From Diplonema japonicum (Eukaryota; Protista; Euglenozoa: Diplonemea): a DNA stretch of 64,000 nt. Within the stretch, counting starts at the first letter, position 1. Each line of letters begins with the position of its first letter. The notes under the pieces are model-generated. The model saw only the letters and a program-made list of their open reading frames with translations. It was not told the origin of the DNA and did no database searches. Location of the stretch: contig OZ025700.1 in NCBI GenBank assembly GCA_964019335.1, positions 62,001 through 126,000 of the forward strand. The letters run 5' to 3'. Both the position numbers and the translations under genes were made by a program. Shown here piece by piece: positions 44,784 to 54,096 of the stretch.

Positions 44784-45503
44784 AATAGCTATTTATTAAG
44801 TGAAAATAAGATAGCATTATTTCACGCGTGGTGGCAGGGGGTTTAACGAGTAGGGATCTTAGTTCACTCGCTTCGCTCGTGAACTAATATCCCGTTTACT
44901 TCACTCGCTGCGCTCGTGAAGTAAAAAGCTACGAGTTAAACCTGCCACCACAAGTGGAATAATGCTCTTATTTTCACTAATACGTTGTTTTATTTAACAA
45001 GAGCCGGGTTTCAAAGGGTGGGAGGTTACAGGGTTGGGATTTGGGTGTGTGGGAGCTACAACGTCGCTAAATTTCAGTTTGTGCGACTCTTTTGTCCTCA
45101 TCCCGCTTGCAAACATGCAAGCTGCATATGCCTGACACATGTTGTAGGGGTCGCTGAATTTCACTGCCAGATACTCTTTCATTTGTTCCTGACTTAACAC
45201 CGAAGCTTTTTTTCGCCTCATGGCCTTCTTCAAAAGAAGTGCAACCCCGGGAAAGCTCTGCATTTTTTTACCGAAGTTTCGTTGGGTGATGGCGTTTATC
45301 TTGCTGTAACTTGCCCTAAACCTAGGTGGAATAGGTGAAATTAGGCCCAGGAGTGAAATAATGTTACATTATTTCACGCTCGAACATTATTTCACTCCTG
45401 GGCCTAATTTCAAGGTAACTGGGAGTGAAAATAAAGCTGGGAGTGACATAAAGTAAAATTTTATTTTCACTCCCACCCTAGAAAACCCGGCTCGAGTTAT
45501 ATA
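44784..45503 (-). mobile_element. Internally deleted Crypton-like (tyrosine recombinase) DNA transposon
   Basis: Recombinase fragment ~45028-45320: RASYSKIN...LLLKKAMRRKKASVLSQEQMKEYL...FASGMRTKESHKLKFSDV (box I G-x-R-x-x-E). Inverted repeats at 44993-45024 and 45470-45501; nested hairpins at 44794-44982 and 45337-45411. Confidence 0.75.
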
Positions 45504-45920
45504 TAAAAAAAAAAAAAAAAAAAAAAAAAAGAAGAAAGATGGGTTATGGAGCAGAGATGAATAAAAAACCTTGAGAAAATACAACAAAGTGAACAAAAAA
45601 AAAAAGAGATGAGATAAAGGAGGTTCCTGTGGAACGTCCCCCTTGCCTCTACTTATCTACCCCTTTCTCCCTTCTGGGGCCTTTCTTTCTTAGAAAGAGA
45701 AAAAGAATCTTTGTAAAGTACAATTTATTAGCACCCTTTCCCTCTCCCTTTACAAGTAAACCATCCGGCCTTTTTTCCCCCCTCCCCTGTTTCTTTTCTT
45801 TGCATGCTTCTTCTCGTTTCGGCGGGTACGGGGTTGTGCTAATTTTCTATAAATTATAAAAGGAGAGAGAGGAAACAACAACAACAACAACAACAAAAAA
45901 AAAAAAAAAAAAAAAAAAAA

Positions 45921-46120
45921 GATGGGGCTTTGATTGCGACACTAAGGCGTTAAGTGTGCAACGAAAACATGAACTATCTACTTGATTACAGGAGGCGCAC
46001 CTCGGCCGGGCTGTAGCTTCTTCCGCGTTCCGCGTCGTGTCCTTGATGACCGACGAGGAGGTCAACAGCGAACAACACATCTGATGTTATTCTTATATAT
46101 CCATGTTATCCCCACACTTT
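45921..46120. repeat. Dispersed modular repeat, copy A (SINE/ncRNA-like), between two A-runs
   Basis: 46044-46115 matches 46890-46961 at 69/72 nt; the CTTGATTACAGG box is shared with 46814-46825 and 23448-23459. Confidence 0.7.
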
Positions 46121-46760
46121 AAAAAAAAAAAAAAAAAAAAAAGCCATTTATCCACAACGAAATGAATTTTTATTGTCACGCTCTTTCTTTTTTCTTTTCT
46201 TCTTCTTTTCTTTTTCTTTTCTTCTTTTTTTTTTTTCTTTAAACTTCAAGAGAGCGACTCTAGAATTCATTTGGGGCGTGACATAACAGGTGGTTCTCTT
46301 TTTTTTCTCTTTTTCTTACTGCTCCACATTTTTACTTCATTCTTAGCAAAGATATCAAAAGAAAAGGGGGGCTGTTATAACACAGTGGTATATTCAACCA
46401 CTAGAAATAGGCCATAGACTTTTTCAATTTGGCTCATTTGGTGGCAAGTAAGTCGTTTTATTTCACGTTCGTCATTTGAGTCACTCACTCTTCACTGTTT
46501 TCACTGCTGTTTTTTTTTGGGGGGGTTTTCCCTAAGGTAATACGGGGTATTTTAAGGAGGTTTAAAGCACTTGTACCTTTAACGGCCGGAATGGCTCAAA
46601 ATACCCCCCACTCCAAAAAAGATTTTTCAAGGGGTTGGGTACATTTTCCCCATTCTGAAGCGCCATTAACCAGTTAAATAATGGCCATTTCGCGTTGAAT
46701 AATGAGGCTTAGTGAGTGAAGAAAATTGACAAAGAGTGAAACAAAAAAAAAAAAAAAAAA

Positions 46761-46961
46761 GACTTTGGCTGCTTATAAACCGCCTGACATACAAGCAACT
46801 CAGGCGTAGCCTCCTTGATTACAGGGGGCGCCCCGGGTAACCAAGATTCTGCGCTCGTGCAGTTTGCTGCCTGTTCGTCAGCCTACTGGTGATGACCGAC
46901 GAGGAGGTCAACAGCGAACAACACATCTGATGTACTTCTTATATTTCCATGTTATCCCCAC
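46761..46961. repeat. Dispersed modular repeat, copy B
   Basis: Same two conserved blocks as copy A, with a different spacer and a different terminal hairpin. Confidence 0.7.
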
Positions 46962-47222
46962 GGGAGAAAATACTAGACAATTTAAGGTTTTTTTTTGCGT
47001 TTTCGCGCTCACTAGAATGTCCTGCGAAAAGAAGGAGAAAAAAAGGGGGGAAAAAAGAAGGGGGTAAAAACTTGATCTATTTTTTTTTTTAATTTTTATT
47101 TTTATTTTTTATAACGCGAGGAGGCTATACCGCATTTTCTAAAAACTACGGCGAGAGACCATTCTTTAGTTTTATAAGGGTCATATGGTCCTTAAAAAGG
47201 GCCACTTTTTTTTTTGCTAACT

Positions 47223-47492
47223 TTCAGTTTTTTTTCCGCTAAGGGTATTTTGAAGGCATTTTAAAGGCATTTTAAAAAAAACTCCAACCATCCGAAAAGT
47301 GCCCACAAATCACCCAAACCCCGGTTTTCGGCCTCAGAAGTGCCCAGGATCATGCTCTAATTTTTGGGGTCTCCCGTTTTGGTACCAAATCCAGATCCAG
47401 TGTGTCCTAAGTAATTCCTGTGGGGGTTTGGGTGGGTGGTTAGAGCTTTTTTTCAAGGGCCTAAAATGCCCTTAGCGAAAAAAAAAACTGAA
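47223..47492. mobile_element. MITE-like element with ~30-bp imperfect terminal inverted repeats
   Basis: ttcagttttttttccgctaagggtatttt / aaaatgcccttagcgaaaaaaaaaactgaa, plus an inner acccaaacccc / ggggtttgggt pair. Confidence 0.55.
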
Positions 47493-47528
47493 GAATGGCA
47501 AAAAACGACCCCCCCCCCCCCCCCTCTA

Positions 47529-47665
47529 GGCTATGTTGCCAAGGAAACGGACGTTTCCAAGCTTTTTTTTTGGGGGGGCCGTTTCCTACAGAAGGGAACA
47601 CGTTTCCTTAAGTATATGAAAAACAAGGAAACGGATGCGGAAACGTTTCCCCCGCCAACATAGCC
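47529..47665. mobile_element. MITE (possibly hAT-type) with GGCTATGTTG termini and GGAAAC subterminal repeats
   Basis: ggctatgttg...caacatagcc with about 7 GGAAAC/GTTTCC motifs inside; the same terminus occurs alone at 3799-3833 and 7035-7069. Confidence 0.6.
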
Positions 47666-47873
47666 CGGGGGGGGGGGGGGGGGGGGGGAACCCAGTAAAA
47701 ATGCACTTCATACTTTATAAAAAAAAAAGAGAAAACTTCTTTTTCAAAAAAAAAAGGGGGGGAAGGGCAGGGGGACCGCACCAGCAGTTAAAAAAAAAGA
47801 AATAAAAACAAAATCACATATGATATCCCCATAAAAAAAAAAAAAAAACCCACAAAAAAAAAAAAAAAACCTA

Positions 47874-49537
47874 TCAACCACGGTCATTTGACAACTGGCG
47901 GAGCGATTTGAAACCACCTCCCCACAAGGCCTTGCTCGCCTCATAAATTATAGGCGGTTCGGCCCACATCGACCTAGGGATGGTGGTTTCCATTCTGGAC
48001 TCCAGAAAACCATCTATGTTCATCCAGGCCTCCTGTCTGGGCCAGTCGGAAAACAACATTTTCTCCAAAAACCTACGAGTGACAAGGTACCCATTAGCAC
48101 AACGATGCTGAGTCACGTTCCACAGAAGGCTGGAATACTTCGTTCCACCATAAGAGGAAGCGTGCTTGTTGAGACACCCACCAAGAAATATCACATCGAA
48201 CTCAGTGGGAAGAGGTGCCTCCGAGATTATCTTCGACACCAAGGACGGGAATTGCTTCACAAAAATACTGTCGTCCTAATTTTTTTTTTTTTTTTTTTCC
48301 CCCTCCAAACCTCGAGCACCAACCCAATACTCACATTCTTCTGGTAGAACTCTTCGTAAATCGAGAAATGCTGCGCCATGTTAGCCACCCTTCCCAAGAA
48401 CGCCTTATGAACTGTGGTCTTACGGGTGCGCATATCTCCGTCTCGAACCTCCTTCCAAACCTCCTTCTTCCCGCCAACCCATTCCAAAGTGTCTTCTCCA
48501 ATGGCTATGTCAGGCGCGCCTTTCCACAATTTCGACAAAACCGCTTTTTCACGAATAACACGGTCGCGGGTCCAGGAGTCTCGGAATGAAGCTTGCATGT
48601 TGACCATGCGTAACATTCCTTCCATGGCAAGCTGTCGTTCCGTGGCAGGTTTATAATGCGAGACTAATATTTGATCAACACCGGATGGCAGCCCGCCTGT
48701 GCAAGAATCGCCGATTGCAATGGCTTTGAAACCCCATTGCGCGCATGGTTGATTGTGAACAGCGATCCTAACTATCTTTACAGAATCGACCGGATCAATG
48801 TACACAATTTGCGTGCTGAGATGAGGAAAGGCTCGGGGCGATGAGAGGAGAACACTGTCCGAGTTAATAAACATATTTCCGTCGGAAGAGGTTAAAATAG
48901 TGATGTTTTGCGGGTCGCATTGCGTTCCTTGTAAATCGAAACCCAGAGCTTCTACACGGGTTGGGTTTTGAAGAGTGAGATCTATATGTGTAGGGGTTAC
49001 GGCTGCTGTTGGTTCGGGAGCCCATCGGCATCCATTGCAACTAATTTTAACAGATTCAACAGAAAAATTTTCGGTAGAGTCCAGTTCGAACTTCATATGC
49101 ATTGTAGGGTATGGGTGGAGGTACACTAGTGTAGGTTGGTTGTTTGCGGTGAATGTTCGTTTTTTAATCCAAGGCGCGTCGGATCGCTTTCCTTTAACGT
49201 ACAGAGTTCCGCTTGAGCCGCGGATGTTAACTGCTGACAGCGAGACTGTTTTTTTAAATGATGCTATGACCACCTTGTCTGAGACTTTCACGATATCATC
49301 CACTGTCATCGATTTGCATTTTCTATCGCCCGAGAGCTCTTCTGTTATTATAGTCACCAAGCCTCGGTTCGCGCAGGCGAAGTTTCCGCAAATTGCCATC
49401 TGATCGATCCTCAGCCCCCACGTTACCACGTCGAAAATTAGAAACGCTGCCACTATTAAAATCGTCAAATGGGACAGCCTCTTCTTCCAGACCCTTGCCT
49501 GCGGGGTTGTTCGGGTGTTGGTTAAAAAATTGTACAT
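47874..49537 (-). CDS. Type II membrane glycosyltransferase, GT25-like, 2 exons
   Basis: N-terminal transmembrane anchor. Removing the 35-nt intron 48276-48310 restores GLVLE|DD; then FDVIFLGG, CANGYLVT, NIDGFL. Confidence 0.8.
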
Positions 49538-49844
49538 TTTTTTTTTTTTTTTTTTTTGTGGAGGGGAAAAAAAAAAAAAAAAAAAAAAAGTTGTTTTTCT
49601 CTCTTTTTTTTTTTTTTCTCCCCTTTTTTTTCCCTTTTGTTGTTGTTAGGTGTGTGTGTGTTTTTCTTTATAGAAACGAGGGCGGAGAAAGAGAAAAGGA
49701 GGTTTTTTTTTTTTCTTTTTTTTTTTTTTTTATGAAACGTCTCATTATTATTTTCTTTCTTCTTCTTTTTTTCTTTCCCCCCGTACCCCCCTCCCCCCCC
49801 ACCTCCAATTGAAAAAAAAGGCTCAGATTAAACAAAAAACTGAC

Positions 49845-50020
49845 GCTGCGTATTCTCCAAAACCCCGCAAAAAATTCGAATTAAGTCCGAATTGCTATAT
49901 TTTCGAAAAACCCTACCAAATTACCCCAATAGGCCTATAATCGGTCGGCCTAGTCGGTCGGCCTAGTCGATTACCGATCATGACTCTATGACTCATAATG
50001 ATTTCGGCTTATGAGATACG

Positions 50021-50024
<4 letters not shown>
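49845..50024. mobile_element. Possible small MITE with GCTGCGTAT(T)CTC termini
   Basis: gctgcgtattctc...gagatacgcagc; internal tandem tcggtcggcctag x2. Confidence 0.4.
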
Positions 50025-50055
<31 letters not shown>

Positions 50056-50168
50056 ATAAAAAAAGGAGCAAGCAGTGAAGGGACATTTTTTTTTTTTTTT
50101 TTTTTTTAAAGCACTGCGTGAGAACTACAGAAAATAAAAAAAGCAAATAAAAAAAAAATAAATAAATA

Positions 50169-51768
50169 CTGTAAAACAAAAATCCACCGGAAGATAAAAT
50201 ATCCGGACCGCCGAAACATCCGGTGATTTTTTCTTCCGGACATTTTATCTTCCGGACATTTTTTTTTTTGGGCACTTTTCTAAGGGGGTACCTAGCCTGT
50301 CCTACGACTGTACCCTGTGTCTGGAAAACTTATATTTCTGTTGCAGGAGTCTTAAGAACGGCAAAAATAAAATTCAAATCCGACGAAAGCGAAAAAGGGG
50401 AAGGATATATCTCGCGACTCCTCCAGATGCTGACCTCTTCAGGTGACTGAAATGATATTGCAAGTGGGAATATCTTCAGGTGAGAGGCACCCTTCAATGG
50501 CTGCGTCCCAGCAGGTTGGAGAGTACTTTTCCCGACCAATAAAACTAAAAAAAGGGGCGAGGAAAGGGCTACCTGTCCGCACGTCTGGCCGTCTTGTTTG
50601 CTGCTTAACTTACAATCATTTCAGCTGCCTTCGCAGTCTTGGCAGTGCGCCTGGCCTCGGCCTCAGCAAGTCTTGGGCTGGCACAAATAGGTGAGGTCTG
50701 GGGGACAAACGCTAAGTGAACGTTTGTTTCTGAAAACAAGTTCACAAAAGCCTGCGTAGTGTGGACATTGTAGTCATCAATGATGAGTAGGATGGGCTCG
50801 GTGGGTGCTCAGCCCGATGACTCGATGAGGTTGTAGCAAAGGGGAGAAACAAATCTTTTACCCAGAGCCGAAGCGTTTCCTGGGTGGCCCAGTGAGATTT
50901 CGAAGCTGTTAAACTCCAGCCTTTTTGGGGGTGTGCAACACGAGGGACGGACCCGGGGTATTTCCTGCCGCGAGCTGGTTCTGTTTTTCCCGTGTAAATT
51001 AACTGCGGGTGCAGTTTGCCACCAGACAGGGAAACGCAAAACTGTCCGGTGACGGCACGCTTGTCCCAAATCCCTAACCTTGACAACCTTGGGACCCCTT
51101 TTCGTCTTCTTCCCAGTGGCAGCAGCTGGTCCATGTTCCAGGTCAACCGGCCTGATCCCTGTGAACCTCCTCGCTGCTTGGGTGTCTTTGGGGCTGCTAG
51201 ACTTCCCTATTGTTGGGCGGCGGCTTGTGATGCCATGCTTGGAGCACAGCTGGTTGGCCCTCTGCATACAGGCAGATGCCCGACGCTGCTACGGCACCCC
51301 CTTCCGTTCTGCACCTGATCCAAACAAAGAGCTTTGTTGTTTCTTCCTAGTTCAGAAGAGGCTTGCGACCCGCAGTAACGGGTGCGGCAGGGGGATCGAC
51401 CTTGGAGCTACCAAAGCGGTGCTTCCAGTCTGATATACTGGACATTGGCTCCATGACGCAAACCCGCAAAGCATAAGAACAACCCTAAAGCAAGCACGTG
51501 GTTCGGTTCAACAAGCTTGTGGTAGAAGCAAACAATCAGGATCTGGAAAAGTACGTAATTCAATTCTCTGATTTTCGTTTGATTTTCTCTTGCTACAGAC
51601 ACTAGTTTCATCTGTTTTCGGGTCCAGCCCTTTAAAAAAAAAAGGGGGGTCCCAGGAAAAAAATGTCCGGAAGAAAAAATATCCGGACCGCCAGAGCTTC
51701 CGGACATTTTATCTTCCGGACAATTTTTCTTCCGGACATTTTATCTTCCGGTGATTTTTGTTTTACAG
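50169..51768 (-). mobile_element. Decayed pogo-family (Tc1/mariner superfamily, DDE_1) DNA transposon
   Basis: TIRs CTGTAAAACAAAAATC(C)ACCGGAAGATAAAAT flanked by TA at 50167-8 and 51769-70; subterminal TCCGGA repeats; frameshifted transposase motifs WNMDQ, DKRAVT, GGKLHPQLIYTGKT, SHWATQET, ILLIIDDYNVH. Confidence 0.88.
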
Positions 51769-52127
51769 TAAAAAAAATAAAAAAGAGTCGGTTGATTGTT
51801 GTTTGTGCACAGCAGGGGTTAGAAGCCCAACAATGCTGCCACTACTCTTTTTAGCACTAACAATTCATTATCAATACATTGTTTTTCTTGTTCATGCAAA
51901 AAAAAAAAAAATTCTTTTTTTTTTTTTTACTTTACAGTACTTCTTTTAAGGCATGCGCTTTTGCGCTCACCGGTCAAGCTGAGTCGATCGCTTAGTCCCC
52001 GTCGTCCCCGTTGGGCTCTGGCGGGTTCCTACTGCGGTGGTCAAAAAAAAAAAAAAAAACGGGAAAAAAAATTTTTAGTTTAAATTTTAATTACGGGAAA
52101 GTCAATTTTTTTTTTTTTCCCCTCATT

Positions 52128-53375
52128 TCACTTCTTCGTATCCAATTTCGCGGAGATATCGCGCAAAACGTCTTCAATTGCAGCTTGCCTCTCAAGCAGC
52201 TCCGCGTGCTGCCTCCTCATTTCAACCTGTCCCTCCGAAAGCGCGACAACCTGCGAGAAAAGCCTCTCCTCGTTCCCCTGCTGCAAGAGCGTCGTTCTGA
52301 AGAATGCTAGCGCCCGCCGAGACGCTCGAAAATCCGCACAGGCATGGATGAGCTTCCACTGATACCTCATAACATTCGAAGGAGAGGCAGAATACCGCCA
52401 TGCGGTTTGAATGGTCAATGCAGCAAGACCGTCTGTCTTGGAGGTAAGGCGTGCCTCAGTCATGAAATCAACGACCTTTGCCTGTTGAGGGTTCATCGTG
52501 AACCATTTACTAACGATGCTGATAAGGAGCGCGGACACCAACCACCCGAACAGCGTTGCGAGAACCGCGACGAACTTCCCCAAAACAGTTTCGGGTGTGA
52601 TGTCGCCGTAGCCGACTGTCGTCATCGTCATGAAGACCATCCACATAGCTTCGTTGGGATTAATATGCCCCGCTTCGCTAACATACATCCCCATCGACAA
52701 AAAAAACCACCCGCAGACGGTCGTCACGACCACGAAGGGGACCGGGTTCATCTCCATCCAGAATTTTAAATGAAACGATTTGTTGTTTTTAACTTTAGCG
52801 ATCGTGCATGCCAACCGAGCACCTTGCGAAAAGGTGTTCGACCACCCTTTAAACAAACCGAACAACGTGTAGACCCGAAATAAAGCCAGAGTTTGAAGTT
52901 TGTACGAATCCCTCCAAATAAGCACCAAAAACGGCGGTTCGTGTAAAGACAATATCAACAATTCAAACAGTAAAACGTGTTTTTGCGCGGAATGAAGAAG
53001 CGGGACGTTTGCCCACAACGGGTCATAGTAGGTGAGATTTCGCAAGCTGTACATGTGCCACTTGATGGTGAATTGCATTTGAAGCATGACGAGAAATGTC
53101 TGAACCATAGTCATGGTGTGGTACTTGACGTCCTTGCGCGAACCGTCCGTGTCTGTTAGCCAATGGGGGTATTTAAGGGTACCGAAGACTTCTATGAACA
53201 TCACGAGGAGCTGCAGGATGCCGAGGATAGCCACGCCTGTGGAGTAGTATTTCCTGGCTTGGGCGTTTTTACAGTCTTTTTTCAGCAAGGCGACGGCGTC
53301 GTGTGAGTTTCCCGCCCTGGTGCTCTGACATGTTAGCATGGGCATTTCTGACCCGAGTGACGAATCGGAGTTTGG

Positions 53376-53378
<3 letters not shown>
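52128..53378 (-). CDS. Small-conductance Ca2+-activated (SK-like) potassium channel
   Basis: Several transmembrane helices, selectivity filter TMTTVGYGDITP, calmodulin-binding-like AALTIQTAWR, C-terminal coiled coil. Confidence 0.88.
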
Positions 53379-53414
<36 letters not shown>

Positions 53415-53753
53415 TTGCGCTATTCTCTTTTCATTCAAAAGAAGAAAAAAAAAAAAAAAAAAAAAAACCTTTGTTTCTTTTGTTTTGGACGGGAAGAGAG
53501 TTTATAAAATAAATAAAACAAAAAAAGAAATATAAGAAAAATAAATAACAACAACAAAAAAAAGAGTAAAGCCTCCGTGGTGCCCCCCCCCCCCCCCCCA
53601 ATATTCGGCTGCATTTCTTTTGCATTTTACTTGCTCTCCATAAGGGTGCATTTTCTATTAGCTGCTTTTTTTTTCTCGATAAATCTACGGAAGGGGGGGG
53701 GCTTTTTTTTTCTCGCATCATTTTCCCACACGGAACATTCAGAGCAGAGTAGA

Positions 53754-53865
53754 AACCTGGTTGGTCATATGCTTGTTTCAAGGATTAAGCCATGCAAGTC
53801 TCAGAGTAAATGGATTAACAGTGGATCTGCAGACGGCTCACTAAATCGGCAACAATCTACGCAGG
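53754..53865 (+). rRNA. Isolated 5' fragment of 18S rRNA (non-functional)
   Basis: AACCTGGTTG-[12-nt deletion]-GTCATATGCTTGTTTCAAGGATTAAGCCATGCAAGTCTCAG...ATCTGC..ACGGCTCA matches the eukaryotic SSU 5' end; similarity stops after ~110 nt. Confidence 0.85.
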
Positions 53866-54096
53866 GAAATTCTCTTGCTCAACCCCTCCCCCCCCTTCTT
53901 TTTTTTTTCTCTAAATTATATTTTTTACGTGTAATAGAGAAGGAAAAAGAAAAAAAAAATCAGATTTTTTTAAATAAAAAACTCCGCCCGCAAGAGAAAG
54001 AAAAGGGTGGGGGGAAAAGCTGAAAAAGAAAAAAAAAATAATATTTTTTTTCAACATTTCTTAAAAAGAATTTTGTAATTAGGTTAGAAATATAAC

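Noticed and set aside
46000-46090. HDV-like ribozyme on the minus strand (ACC-TCCTCGTC-GGT resembles P3/L3)
   Set aside because: P1 has only 4 bp, and the downstream P1.1/P4/P2 parts are not conserved between the two copies.
51950-52059. GC-rich ~90-nt snippet ending in A17 (possible retroposon 3' end or small RNA)
   Set aside because: Single copy in the window, with no TSD or identifiable motif.
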